In this document: positions 19,889 to 29,957 of the stretch, piece by piece
How the letters are laid out: each line of letters begins with the position of its first letter
How positions within the stretch are numbered: the first letter of the stretch is position 1
DNA from: Candidatus Eiseniibacteriota bacterium
GTDB lineage: Bacteria; Eisenbacteria; RBG-16-71-46; JACRLI01
Length of the DNA stretch: 64,000 nt
Direction of reading: 5' to 3'
Assembly (NCBI GenBank): GCA_025351485.1
Contig: JANXVU010000073.1
Span: 9,216-73,215 of the forward strand
Translations under genes and position numbers: made by a program
Notes under the pieces: model-generated
Seen by the model: the letters and a program-made list of their open reading frames with translations, nothing else
Databases searched by the model: none
Told to the model about the DNA's origin: nothing

Positions 19889-21411
19889 GGCCGGCCTCCT
19901 TCCCACGTGCCCGTGGCGGACTTGAGATTGCTCTCGGAGGCCAGCAGGAAGTTCCCGGAAGTGACCACCAGGTCGCCCCGGGCCAGGCCCGACTGGACCT
20001 CGTAGTAGTCCGCGGCGCGCGCCCCCAGGCGCACGTTCCGCGGGGCGAGTCGTCCCGAGCCCAGATCCACGAACACCACGCGCCGCTCCCCGGAGAAGAG
20101 CACCGCGGCGGCGGGGACCGCGAGCCGGGGGCCGCGCTCCGACGACGAGAGCCGCACGTTCACGAACATTCCGGGGCGCAGCGAGCCGTCCGCGTTCGGC
20201 GCCTCGATCCGCACCTGTCCTGCGCGCGAATCGCCGGCGAGCGCCGGGGATATGAAGCTGACCCGGCCTTGCAGCACGCGGCCGTCATGGAATGGATCCG
20301 AGATCCCGGCCGCGGATCCCACGCGCACCATGGACATGTCCGATTGCGGCACGCTGGCCAGGATCCACACCGGGCTCACGGACTGGATGCGCGCCAGCAC
20401 CTGGCCGGCCTGGAAGGAACTGCCCTTCACCACTGATTTTTCCGCGATCACTCCGCCCGCGGGGGAGGTCACGGACACTTCCTCGAGGGGGCGGCGGCTC
20501 ACCACGATCCTCTCGATCGAGCTGTTCGGAAAGTCCATCAACTCCAGCCGGCGCCGCGCGGCCGAGGCGAGCCCGTTTTCCACGGCGATGCCGCCGCTTT
20601 CGGCCCTCTGGGCGTCCAGGAACTCCTGCTGCGCGGCCAGAAGCTCGGGGCTGTAGACGGTGAAGATCTCCTCGCCCGCTTTCACCGGCCGCCCCAGGTA
20701 GTCGGCCCGCAGCGCGCGCACATATCCGGAGTACTTGAGCACCACGTCGCGGGCGCCGGTCTCGGCATAGGTCACCCTGCCGGCGGAGCGGATCTCGGAG
20801 GCCATGTCGCGCATCCCGACCGGTTCGGTCTTGAGGCCGATGGCCTGCCGGCGCTGCAAATCCAGCATGACCGTGCCCTGCTCTCCCGCACCCGTTTCCG
20901 GGGACTTCGTGGAAGTGCCCGGAGTGCCGTCCTGGAAACGCACCCCGCTCAACGTGGTGCTGATCCGGTAGTTGGCCCTGTGCTCGGGCATGGAGCCCGG
21001 CTTGATGCTCAGCTCCAGGTCCCACTCTCCCAGCATGTCGAGCCCGTAGCGGGCCCGGTATGTGCCCGGGGAGGTCTCCTGCACCCGCGCGGTGCTCTCC
21101 ATGCGCGGCATGCTCCCCATGGCGGGCATGCTCACGCGCGCGATCACCGCGGCGCCCGGCACCGGCCGGCCCGTGGAATCGGTCACCGTGATGACGAGGC
21201 TGTTTTCCCCCAGCTTCGGCTGCGCCGGGTCGTTTTCCACGGTGAGCCGCAGTTGCCCGACCGGCGTGCCCGACACCGCTCCGGCATTGGCGGCGGAGTC
21301 GTTCTTCCTGGTGCAGGCCCAGCCGCCCGCAAGGACCAGCGAGGCCGCGAGAGCGGCCCCGGCGACGAGCCCTGCCCTTGAAATCCATGAACGGAGAATC
21401 ATCGTGTTCAC
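19885..21411 (-). CDS. cusB: RND periplasmic adaptor (CusB-like) with N-terminal YtkA/FixH-like Met-rich domain
   Basis: YSPELLAAQQEFL, LRPGMF, VVTSGNFLL.SES; N-terminal SMPAMGSMPRM. Confidence 0.9.
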   Translation of the reverse strand: MNTMILRSWISRAGLVAGAALAASLVLAGGWACTRKNDSAANAGAVSGTPVGQLRLTVENDPAQPKLGENSLVITVTDSTGRPVPGAAVIARVSMPAMGSMPRMESTARVQETSPGTYRARYGLDMLGEWDLELSIKPGSMPEHRANYRISTTLSGVRFQDGTPGTSTKSPETGAGEQGTVMLDLQRRQAIGLKTEPVGMRDMASEIRSAGRVTYAETGARDVVLKYSGYVRALRADYLGRPVKAGEEIFTVYSPELLAAQQEFLDAQRAESGGIAVENGLASAARRRLELMDFPNSSIERIVVSRRPLEEVSVTSPAGGVIAEKSVVKGSSFQAGQVLARIQSVSPVWILASVPQSDMSMVRVGSAAGISDPFHDGRVLQGRVSFISPALAGDSRAGQVRIEAPNADGSLRPGMFVNVRLSSSERGPRLAVPAAAVLFSGERRVVFVDLGSGRLAPRNVRLGARAADYYEVQSGLARGDLVVTSGNFLLASESNLKSATGTWEGGRP

Positions 21412-22724
21412 TCTCCCTTCCAGCCGGCCGGAAACTGCCCGGTGGCGTATTCCAGGTCGGCCCGGGCGGTCAGATAGTCCGCCAGGGTGCGTTCGCGCTC
21501 CAGGCGCATGCGGGCGAGATCCCGGGCGGCGCCGAGCAACGTGACAAACTCCATGGATCCGGTTTCGTAGCGAGCGCGGGTGGCCTTGTACGCGCGCTCC
21601 GTCGTGGGAAGCACCACCTGGTCCAGCACGCCCAGCTCGTGCCAGTAATCGGGAACCCGGGTCGCGGCATCGGTCGCTTCCAGCGCCGCCCGGTCCCGTT
21701 CCGACTTGAGGCGCGACTCGGCCATCAGGGCGTTCGCCCGGGCCTCGTCCTCCATCGCCGAGAGCCGGCCGAAGTGGATGGGCAACTCCAGGGAGATCCC
21801 CACCATGGCCCGCATTTTTTCTTCGACCATGAAACGGTCGTAGGCCGCCTGGAGCTCGATTCCGGGAAGCCGCTCACGCCGGGCAAGGGAGATTCCGGCC
21901 TGGGCGGCGCGAAGCCGCTCGGTGGCCGCGGTCACTTCCGGCCGCTCGTGCGCCTGGGTGGAGAGCCAGAAGTCTGCGTTGGGCTTGGGCGGGTGGGCCG
22001 ATTCCTGTCGCGGTGGGGGCAGGGAAGCCAGCGGGTCGCGGTGAAGCAGCGCGTTGATGCGGGCAATCGCCTGGCGGCGGCGGCGCACCAGGCCGAAACG
22101 CTCGTGGTCCAGCATCCCGAGCTCCACTTCGGTCTGCAGGGCCTCCTGCGCCCCGGCCGTGGAGACCGAATAGCGCGAGAGCGCGGTGCGGTGAACTTCT
22201 TCCAGCAAGCCTTGAAGATGGGTGTAGATCGCCTGCTCGCGGTCCACCAGGGAGTACTCGATAAACGCCAGGCGGGCTTCGTGAACCGCGTGGAGCGCCG
22301 CCCCCCGGTATTCGGCGTGGGCCGCGCCGGCCTCTCCGGCGGCGACCTCTTCGCGCCGGCTCAGGGTGCCGAACGCGGGCAGGCGCTGTTTGAATCCCAC
22401 CCGGTAGACGTTCATCGCATCCGCGCCGGCCAGGGTGCGGGGCGCGACCATGTACTCCACCATCGGATCGGGCAGGGAGCCGACGGAACGCGTGCGGGCA
22501 TCCGCCGCCGTCCACGCCTGGCGGCCCGACTCGATGTCGGGATTGAGCTTCAGAACGGCTCCCATCAGGGCGCCGGCCTCCAGGCTGTCGCCGAAGACTT
22601 CCACGCGCGTGGTGTCCGGCGGGGGCGGCGGGCGCATGCGGGCCATCATGGAATCGGACTGGGCGTGCGCGCCAAGGGGCGCGAGGATCCAAAGGACGGC
22701 CGCAAGGGCCGGAAGGTGACGCAT
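21408..22724 (-). CDS. TolC-family outer-membrane efflux protein
   Basis: LPDPM, RYETG, ARADLE.ATG; upstream of cusBA. Confidence 0.9.
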   Translation of the reverse strand: MRHLPALAAVLWILAPLGAHAQSDSMMARMRPPPPPDTTRVEVFGDSLEAGALMGAVLKLNPDIESGRQAWTAADARTRSVGSLPDPMVEYMVAPRTLAGADAMNVYRVGFKQRLPAFGTLSRREEVAAGEAGAAHAEYRGAALHAVHEARLAFIEYSLVDREQAIYTHLQGLLEEVHRTALSRYSVSTAGAQEALQTEVELGMLDHERFGLVRRRRQAIARINALLHRDPLASLPPPRQESAHPPKPNADFWLSTQAHERPEVTAATERLRAAQAGISLARRERLPGIELQAAYDRFMVEEKMRAMVGISLELPIHFGRLSAMEDEARANALMAESRLKSERDRAALEATDAATRVPDYWHELGVLDQVVLPTTERAYKATRARYETGSMEFVTLLGAARDLARMRLERERTLADYLTARADLEYATGQFPAGWKGE

Positions 22725-22805
22725 GCTCGAGTTCCTTTCGCAAATAAGACCGCGGCCGGGCACGCGCGCATGCGCGTGCCCACGGACGAGCTCAGCGAAG
22801 GTAAC

Positions 22806-23168
22806 TCAGAGCAGGAGCTGGGTGGTAAGGAGTCGTTCGGGGGGTGGAGCCGGCGGCCGCGTGGCGGCGGCGCCGATGGCGTCGTGGGGCGCCGGAACGG
22901 AAAGCGCGGCGGGCATCACCGCGATGCACGCAGGATCCATGGACGTCCGCGGAGTGGGAGCCGAGTTCACGGCCTGCGGGCGGTCCGGCGACATGCGCAT
23001 GCAGCAGTCCCCACCGCGGGTGGCGGCGCCACTGCGGTGGCTGCAGCTGCAGGCATGTCCGCGGGCCGGCTTCATGCAACTCCCTCCCGCTGGGATCCAG
23101 GATCCCGACCAGGCCAAGAGCAGCAAAGCGACGATACACGCGCGGACTGGTGAAAGCGAACCGTTCAT
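22806..23168 (-). CDS. Small Cys/His-rich membrane-anchored leader protein (DUF2946/HYC_CC_PP-like)
   Basis: N-terminal hydrophobic helix, HACSCSH, DCC, C-terminal RPPAPPPERLLTTQLLL; first gene of the efflux operon. Confidence 0.65.
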   Translation of the reverse strand: MNGSLSPVRACIVALLLLAWSGSWIPAGGSCMKPARGHACSCSHRSGAATRGGDCCMRMSPDRPQAVNSAPTPRTSMDPACIAVMPAALSVPAPHDAIGAAATRPPAPPPERLLTTQLLL

Positions 23169-23174
23169 GCCTTG

Positions 23175-23204
23175 AATGATCCTCCCCATACGGGGGTGTG
23201 TCAA
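23175..23204 (-). promoter_or_regulatory. Promoter of the Cus operon with a CsoR-like C/G-tract operator in the spacer
   Basis: Minus strand TTGACA-CACCCCCGTATGGGGAG (17 bp)-GATCAT, 7 nt before ATG 23168. Confidence 0.5.
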
Positions 23205-23390
23205 GTGAGCGTCCGCCCGTTGCATCAGGCTGACGATGGTGCCCCCGGGCGCGGCGGCGGGCAGGGAATAGTTTCCCGGGAAGTCATTCCAACCTATACT
23301 ACGCTTGGTGCCGGATCCTGTGATCCCGGACGCCCTCCGCGGCAACCTGCGCCGTGGCCACCACTTCCGAGGGAACGGAGGATTCCGAAT

Positions 23391-24416
23391 TTGAAGTTCC
23401 GGTCCGGGCTCGTCATGGCCGCCCTTCTCCTTATCGGCAGCGGACGGGCGCAAGCCCAGAATAAGCCGACGCCGGCCCCAAAGGACACCCTGGCCCCCGC
23501 GGACCTGGTCCTGGATTACTTTTCCTGCATCCGCAGCAACCTTCACCCCTGCACCTGACACGAAGGCCTCGGTGGCGGGGTGGCCCGGAGGGCCGCCTTT
23601 CTCAAGACCCAAAGATCGAGGCCCGAGCACCGGCTCCTGCTGGGCGGCGGGGATTATTTTGCCGCCGGCAGCCTGGCGGACAAGTTCAACGGCCAGGCTA
23701 TCTTGAAGACCATGCGGGTGATGGGCTACGACGCCGTCGCGCTGGGCCTGGAGGACTTCGCCTACGGGAGCGAGGAATTGCTCGCGTCGGTGCGCGATCT
23801 TCCGGTGGTCAGCACCAACCTGTTCTGGGCGGGGTCAAACGAGCGCATCGGAAAGCCGATGATCGTCACCGAGTTCATCGGCCTGCCGGCGCAGGAGCGG
23901 CCCGGGACCAAGGTCCACGTCGCGGTGCTGGCCTTCATGGACGACATGATGCAGACGCCGCTGGATGAGCGGCTGGCCGCCGACCCCCGCAAGGTGCGGG
24001 TCCAGTCGGCCGTCGAGTCGGCCCGCGAGTGGGTGCCCAGGGCCCGGGATGTCGCGGAGGTGGTGGTGGCCCTGGTCGGGTTCGACAGCCGCGACGCCGC
24101 CGAGTTCGCGCGCAAGGTGCCCGGGATCGACGTCCTGATCGCCTGCCGCAGCTACGAAGTGAAGATCGATTCCCCGGGGGTGGAGGAGGCCTCCGTGATC
24201 GTGGCCAACGGCGACCGCGGGAGATTTGTCGGAGAGTTGCGCTTCGACTTTTCCCACCTGGCGAGCCCGGTGGGGCGCTCCGTGTTCCTCGGCAAGGAGA
24301 TCCCCGAAGATCCGGACATGAAAGCCCTGGTGCAGAAGCTGGAAGACTTAAACGACGAGAAGGTCGAGCAAGCATCCAGGGCAGCCCCGGCCCCCGGAAA
24401 AGGAGTGAATCCCTGA
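23391..24416 (+). CDS. UshA-like (5'-nucleotidase/metallophosphoesterase fold) selenoprotein with CxU motif
   Basis: TTG start after GGAGG; signal peptide; LHPCT-TGA(23556-23558)-HEGLGGGVARRAAFLK continues in frame into LLLGGGDYF...MGYDAVALG...VVSTN...GIDVLI. Confidence 0.85.
23566..23595 (+). promoter_or_regulatory. Candidate bacterial SECIS hairpin just 3' of the in-frame UGA
   Basis: GGCCTCGGTGGCGGGGTGGCCCGGAGGGCC can fold into an irregular stem with a G-rich apical loop. Confidence 0.45.
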
Positions 24417-25027
24417 TGGTCCAGCCCGGATTTCTCACGCCGCACGTCCCGGTGACGCTGGAAGGCGAAATCGTGCGCATGGAGCCGCTGACCATGGACC
24501 ACCTGGACGGGCTGTTGCAAGTGGGGCTCGATCCGGAGTTGTGGAGGTTCACCCTGGCGAAGATGCGCGCTCCGGACGACCTGAAGCGCTATCTGGAAAC
24601 CGCGCTCCGCGAGCAGCGGGAGGGCCGCTCCCTGCCCTTCGCGACGGTCGACCGGGCCACCGGTCGCCCCATCGGGAGCACCCGCTTCGGGAACATCGAA
24701 CCGGAGCACCGCCGCATGGAGATCGGGTGGACCTGGATCGGCCGCGACTGGCAGCGCAGCCGGGTGAACACCGAGGCCAAGCTGCTGATGCTTACCCACG
24801 CGTTCGAGACGCTGGGCGCGATCCGGGTGGAGCTCAAGACCAGCCTGTTGAACCTGAAGTCGCAGCACGCCATGAAGCGGATCGGAGCCCAGGAGGAGGG
24901 CACCTTCCGGCGCCACATGATCAACGAGGATGGTTCGCTGCGGGATACGGTGTTTTTCAGTTTTATCGCGGAGGAGTGGCCGGGGAAAAAGGCCCGGCTC
25001 CAGGAGATGCTGATACGCCGCGGGTGA
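24416..25027 (+). CDS. GNAT (RimJ/RimL) N-acetyltransferase
   Basis: IGSTRF...EIGWTW...NTEAKLLML.HAFE...RVELKT...EEGTFR.H; TGATG overlap. Confidence 0.93.
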   Translation: MVQPGFLTPHVPVTLEGEIVRMEPLTMDHLDGLLQVGLDPELWRFTLAKMRAPDDLKRYLETALREQREGRSLPFATVDRATGRPIGSTRFGNIEPEHRRMEIGWTWIGRDWQRSRVNTEAKLLMLTHAFETLGAIRVELKTSLLNLKSQHAMKRIGAQEEGTFRRHMINEDGSLRDTVFFSFIAEEWPGKKARLQEMLIRRG

Positions 25028-25076
25028 ACGGAGCGCGGGCCCCGGGGACTGGACCGGCTGCGGGAGCGGGGAAGGA

Positions 25077-26858
25077 TCAGCCTCCCGGCGCGCTCTCCAG
25101 TTCGATCCGAAACGTCGTGCCCGCGCCGAGTTCGCTCCGCACCGTGACGTTTCCGCCCATCAACTCCACGCTGTGTCGCACGATGGAAAGCCCCAGTCCG
25201 GTGCCCCCCAGCTCCCTTGAGCGGCCCTGGTCCACCCGGTAGAAGCGTTCGAAAATGCGCCCCAGGCTTTCGGGCGGAATGCCGGGGCCGGTGTCGCTCA
25301 CCTCGCACCACGCCCGCCCGTCCCCGTGACCCACCCGCATGCGCAGCTCGCCCGCGGCCGTGTACTTCACCGCGTTGTCCACCAGATTGCTCAGGGCGCG
25401 CTCCAGCAGTTCCGGGTCGCCGGCGGCGAACGCGCCCTCGGGCGGAAGGTCCAGCACCAGCCCCAGGCCCTTGCGCGCGGCCGCCTGCTCGTGCGCGCCG
25501 GCCACGTTTCGCGCCACGATGCACAGGTTCAGGTCGCGGCGGTCCACGCGCACGCCGGACTGTTCGAGCCGCGCCAGCTGCAGCAGGTCGTCCACGATCG
25601 CCTGCAATCGCACGGCGTGGCGGTCGATCTTTTCCACGAAGTCCCGTCGGTTGCGCGCGTCGTCCAGGCCACCGTCCAGTAGGGTCTCGGCGCTCCCCCG
25701 GATCAGGGTGAGCGGGGTCTTGAGCTCGTGCGACACATTCGCCACGAACTCCTGGCGAACCCGCTCCAGTTGCTTGACCCGCGAGAGGTCGTGCACCACC
25801 AGGAGTTGGGCGCTCGGCTGGCCGGCCGTGCCCAGTTGCACCACGGTGGCCTCCACCACGCGCTGCTCGGGCATGTAGAAGGTGATCTCCTCGCTGAGCG
25901 GCCCGCTGCCGGCCCGGGCCCGTTCGAGCAAGGATGCCAGGGCCGGCTGCCGGACTTCCTCCAGGAAGAGCTTTCCGCTTGCCGGGGGACGGGGGAGGCC
26001 CAGGATGCGGGCCAGGCCCATGTTGGCTTGCACCACCCGCCCTTGGCTGTCCACCAGCGCCACTCCTTCGGCCATGTGGGTCAGGATGGTCTCGCGCTGG
26101 TCGCGCTCCTCCCGCACTTCGTCGAGCCGTTGCTCCAGGCGCGCGCCCATGCGGTTCAGGGCCCGGCCGGTGCGGCCGATCTCGTCGTCCGGCGTCTCGG
26201 GCGCGCGGGCGCCCAGCTCGCCCTCGCCCATGCGCTGGGCCGCGTCCAGGACGCTGCGCAGCCGCACCGAGAGCAGCCGGCCCGCGCCAAGAGAGATGAG
26301 CGAAGCGGAGGCCAGCACCACGGCCAGGGCGAACAGCAGCAGTTGCGTCTGTGCGCGCCGCTCCGCCGTGACCAGCGAAGCGCGCACCGAAAGGCGCAGC
26401 ACCGGCCCCGGGGCCCCGGCTTTTCCGACGGGGATGGCCGCGTACCACAGAGGTTCATGGAGCGTGTGGGAAATCCGGTGAGCCCACCCCCGCCCCTGGG
26501 CAAGGGCTTGCTTCACCTCGGGCCGGTCCCGGTGGTTCTCGGCCAGGGCGAGTGAATCTTCGGGGATGGCGCTGTCGCCGAGGAGGGTGCCGTCGGTGGC
26601 GATCAGGGTGAGGCGCACGCCGGACGCCCGCCCCATGCGGTCGCACCAGGCGTCCAGTTCGTGGAGGTGGGAGTGGGTGAGAGTCACCGGTGGCAGGGCG
26701 GCTGCGGCGAGCTGGAGCTCGCGCCCGGCCCACTCGCTCTGCCTTAGCTCAAATTCGCGGTCTTCGAGGACCTTCGCGCGCCAGCCGATGATGGTGAGCC
26801 CGAGCGCGAACGCCAGGACGAACCCTCCGAACAACCTCGACGCGAAGGATGAGCGCAA
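25077..26858 (-). CDS. phoR: Phosphate regulon sensor histidine kinase (HAMP-PAS-HisKA-HATPase)
   Basis: ENHRDRPEV, FVANVSHELKTPLT, NLVDNAVKY, FERFYRVD..RSR..GGTGLGLSIV. Confidence 0.93.
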   Translation of the reverse strand: MRSSFASRLFGGFVLAFALGLTIIGWRAKVLEDREFELRQSEWAGRELQLAAAALPPVTLTHSHLHELDAWCDRMGRASGVRLTLIATDGTLLGDSAIPEDSLALAENHRDRPEVKQALAQGRGWAHRISHTLHEPLWYAAIPVGKAGAPGPVLRLSVRASLVTAERRAQTQLLLFALAVVLASASLISLGAGRLLSVRLRSVLDAAQRMGEGELGARAPETPDDEIGRTGRALNRMGARLEQRLDEVREERDQRETILTHMAEGVALVDSQGRVVQANMGLARILGLPRPPASGKLFLEEVRQPALASLLERARAGSGPLSEEITFYMPEQRVVEATVVQLGTAGQPSAQLLVVHDLSRVKQLERVRQEFVANVSHELKTPLTLIRGSAETLLDGGLDDARNRRDFVEKIDRHAVRLQAIVDDLLQLARLEQSGVRVDRRDLNLCIVARNVAGAHEQAAARKGLGLVLDLPPEGAFAAGDPELLERALSNLVDNAVKYTAAGELRMRVGHGDGRAWCEVSDTGPGIPPESLGRIFERFYRVDQGRSRELGGTGLGLSIVRHSVELMGGNVTVRSELGAGTTFRIELESAPGG

Positions 26859-27599
26859 TCAATCTCCCGGAGGGCCGGCTTGGAACCGGTAGCCCGAGCC
26901 GATGACGGTCTGGATCAGGTCCTTCCCGTTCCCGAGCTTGGCCCTGAGCCTGCGGACGTGCACGTCCACCGTGCGCGTCTCGCCGAGGTAGTCGTAGCCC
27001 CACACCTTGTCCAGCAGTTCCTCGCGGCTGAACAGGCGTCCGGGGTGGCGCGCCAGGTGATAGAGCAGGCCGAACTCCCTGCGGGTGAGTTCGAGCGAGT
27101 GTCCTTCGAACCATACTTCGTGGCGCGACGGATCGATCTTCAGGCGGTCGAGCTCCAGCGCCCCCTGATCCCTGGCGGGGCGGCGGCGGCGCAGCAGCGC
27201 GCCCACCCGGGCCACCAGCTCGCGGGGGCTGAACGGCTTGGTGAGGTAGTCGTCGGCCCCGTATTCGAAGCCCATCAGCTTGTCCATCTCGGAGTCGCGC
27301 GCGGTCAGGAGCAGCACCGGCAGGTCCGCGGTGGCGGGTTCCTCCCTCAGAGCCCGCAGGACGGACATGCCGTCCATGGACGGCATCAGCAGGTCCAGCA
27401 CCACGATGTCGGGGGGCGAGGACTGGATGCGCTTCAAGGCCTCCGCGCCGTCCCGGCACGCCACCACGCGATAGTCCGCCCGCTCCAGGTTGTACTGGAC
27501 GAGTTCGCGGATATCCTTTTCATCGTCAACCACGAGAATGGTGGCGGTCATGGGTTCGTGCGACTCCCGGTTGGCCTGTAGACTAGACGTGCGTGCCAT
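26859..27599 (-). CDS. phoB: OmpR-family response regulator PhoB/PhoP (alternative start 27551)
   Basis: ILVVDDE, VLDLLMP, GADDYLTKPF, RTVDVHVRRLRAKL; adjacent to phoR. Confidence 0.9.
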   Translation of the reverse strand: MARTSSLQANRESHEPMTATILVVDDEKDIRELVQYNLERADYRVVACRDGAEALKRIQSSPPDIVVLDLLMPSMDGMSVLRALREEPATADLPVLLLTARDSEMDKLMGFEYGADDYLTKPFSPRELVARVGALLRRRRPARDQGALELDRLKIDPSRHEVWFEGHSLELTRREFGLLYHLARHPGRLFSREELLDKVWGYDYLGETRTVDVHVRRLRAKLGNGKDLIQTVIGSGYRFQAGPPGD

Positions 27600-27679
27600 C
27601 TTTATCAACTCCCGCGCGGTCGGCTCTCGGCCGGGCCCGCGCTGATGGGGATCTTCCGGCCGGGAGGTCCGGCCGGGTC

Positions 27680-29230
27680 CTACTTCGACTGCTGGAACTC
27701 CACCTTGCGCGCGAACACTTCCTCGAACATGTCGGCCTTGCGGGACGCGCCCCACATTTCAAGGTCCAGCCGGACCGGCCGGCTCCGGCGCACCCGCACC
27801 GACATCCGGGCGCGCGTCAGCGTGCACTTCACGTCGCGCACCGCGCCGCGGTGCGAGCGGTCCAGGCCGTCGGCGATTCGCAAGATGGCCGACAGGCCCC
27901 GCACCGCCGCCTGCTCGTCCGGCCCGAGCCCCCGGAACCCCTCGTGGCGCGGGCGCGGCGGGCCCTTGCGGTGGTAGCGCGCCACGCAGGCGATGATTTC
28001 CTTCTCGTTTTCCGTGAATCCCAGCAGGTCGGAATTCCGAATCAGGTAGTACGAGTGCCGGTGATGCGCGGAGTGCGAGACGAAGAACCCCACCTCGTGG
28101 AGCACGGCGGCCGCCTCCAGGTATTCCCTTTCGGATTCGCCCAACCGGTGCAGCTTCGCAGTCTGGTCGAAGATCCGGAGCGCCAGGTGCGCCACGTGGC
28201 GCCCGTGCGCCAGGTCGGTGTGATAGGTCTTCGCCAGTTGCCCCACGCTGGCCCGGCGGCTGTCCTCGGCCGGGCTGCGCCGGGAAGTGGTGGCCCGGCG
28301 TTGCAGCTCGTCCGCCAGGATGCCTTCCCGGAGCGCCATGGACGAGACGGTGATGCCAGGGATCGACAGGCCGCGGAAGACTTCATCCACGATCAGGGCC
28401 CCGCCCACGATGACGTCCGCCCGCCTGGGATCGAGGCCATCGATCCGCGAGCGCTCCGCCGAGGTGCGGGCCTTCACCAGCGCCGCCAGCGATTCCTTGA
28501 GATCGGGCCTCGTGAAGCGGATGCCGGACAGTCGCTCCGGAATCTCCACCCCCTGTTGCAATTGCGAGAGCACCGCCAGCGTGAGCAGCGTCCCCGAAGA
28601 GCCCGCCGCCCGGGCGAACCCGAGCTTGCGCAGCTCACGGAGCACCGGGTCCAGCGTGCCGCGCAGAAACTCGCGGCACTTCTTGACCGAATCCCCGTCC
28701 ACCCGGCCGCCGGGGAAGTAGCGCTCGGAAACGCGGACCGCGCCGATCTTGAGGCTGTTCGTGTACAGGATGCGACGGCCGCGGGCCAGCAGGAATTCGG
28801 TGCTGCCCCCTCCGACGTCCAACAGCAGAGTCTGGCTGCGGCTCGCCGGAAGCGCCTGCTGGACTCCGAGCCAGGTCAGCCGGGCCTCCTCGGCGCCGGA
28901 GGCGATCTTGATCCGGATGCCGGTGCGCGCGAATGCCCGCTCCAGGAACTCGTCCCGGTTCACCGCTTCGCGCACGGCGCTGGTGGCGATGGCCCGGATG
29001 GGCGCGCCGGCGGCGTCGGCCATCCGGCGAAAGCGGCGCAGCGCGGCGATGCCGCGGCTCATCGCCTCCTCGGTCAGGAACGCGTGCCCGCCCGCGCCCA
29101 GCCGCACGGTTTCTTTTTCGCGATGCAACACCCGAAACGTCCCGCGCCCCGGATCCAGCGCGGCGATCACCATGTGGAAGGAGTGGGTGCCCAGGTCCAG
29201 CGCGGCCACGCGCTGCCGGGTGCTACTCAT
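27680..29230 (-). CDS. ppx: Exopolyphosphatase Ppx/GppA with HD domain
   Basis: ALDLGTHSFH, ATSAVREA.N, DVGGGSTE, ALREG, LHEVG...HHRHSYY, LRIADGLD. Confidence 0.95.
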   Translation of the reverse strand: MSSTRQRVAALDLGTHSFHMVIAALDPGRGTFRVLHREKETVRLGAGGHAFLTEEAMSRGIAALRRFRRMADAAGAPIRAIATSAVREAVNRDEFLERAFARTGIRIKIASGAEEARLTWLGVQQALPASRSQTLLLDVGGGSTEFLLARGRRILYTNSLKIGAVRVSERYFPGGRVDGDSVKKCREFLRGTLDPVLRELRKLGFARAAGSSGTLLTLAVLSQLQQGVEIPERLSGIRFTRPDLKESLAALVKARTSAERSRIDGLDPRRADVIVGGALIVDEVFRGLSIPGITVSSMALREGILADELQRRATTSRRSPAEDSRRASVGQLAKTYHTDLAHGRHVAHLALRIFDQTAKLHRLGESEREYLEAAAVLHEVGFFVSHSAHHRHSYYLIRNSDLLGFTENEKEIIACVARYHRKGPPRPRHEGFRGLGPDEQAAVRGLSAILRIADGLDRSHRGAVRDVKCTLTRARMSVRVRRSRPVRLDLEMWGASRKADMFEEVFARKVEFQQSK

Positions 29231-29957
29231 GCTCGAGCACGGTCAGGATGCTCTCTTTCAAGGCCCGGTTGGTGTCGCGAAAGTCGCCGGAGGCGTCCAC
29301 GACGCGGAAGTTGTACTCCGTGGCCATGAGATCGAACTGCTCCAGCATGCGCTTCTGGTACTCCACGAAACTGTCGTAAAAGTCCTGGCCCAGGCGCAGG
29401 TCCATTCCTGATTCCCAGTAGTCCATGCCCTCGCCGGAGCGGTCGATCCAGTAGCGGCGGCTGAGGTTTTCCGGATTGATCACGCGCGGCACGAGCTCTT
29501 CGATGCCCAGCTTCATGTACATGACCAGGTTGGGCTCGAGCGCGAAGCCGAACACCCGGCGGATCCAGGTCGGGTCCGCTCCCCGAAGATGGAAGCGCGC
29601 GAAGGCGGTGTAGATGTACCGGTCGGCCAGCACGATGAAGCCGGCCCGCAGCGCCGGGATGATCTCGTGCTCCAGGCGGTCGGCGAAATCGGCCGCATAG
29701 AGCAGGCTCAAGGTGTGGAGGTTCAGGGTGTGGCCGGCCTTGGCCTCGTCGATCGCCCGCACCATCAGGGGCGAGCGGGTCCAGCCGGTGGTGACCACGC
29801 CGTAGCCCTTGAGCTCGAGCCACGCCTTGAGGTCGGCGATCTGCGTGGAACGGCCCACGCCGTCGGTGCCCTCCAGGACCAGCAGCCGGCCCTTGAGGTC
29901 GGTGATGTCCACGTAGGGCAGGCCGGTGCCGAAGAATTTGTTCGGGGCCTGGATCAT
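29223..29957 (-). CDS. Thymidylate-kinase-like protein B
   Basis: LEGTDGVGRSTQ (Walker A with K->R), LYAADFADR, LADRY, DYWESGMD. Confidence 0.88.
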   Translation of the reverse strand: MIQAPNKFFGTGLPYVDITDLKGRLLVLEGTDGVGRSTQIADLKAWLELKGYGVVTTGWTRSPLMVRAIDEAKAGHTLNLHTLSLLYAADFADRLEHEIIPALRAGFIVLADRYIYTAFARFHLRGADPTWIRRVFGFALEPNLVMYMKLGIEELVPRVINPENLSRRYWIDRSGEGMDYWESGMDLRLGQDFYDSFVEYQKRMLEQFDLMATEYNFRVVDASGDFRDTNRALKESILTVLEHE

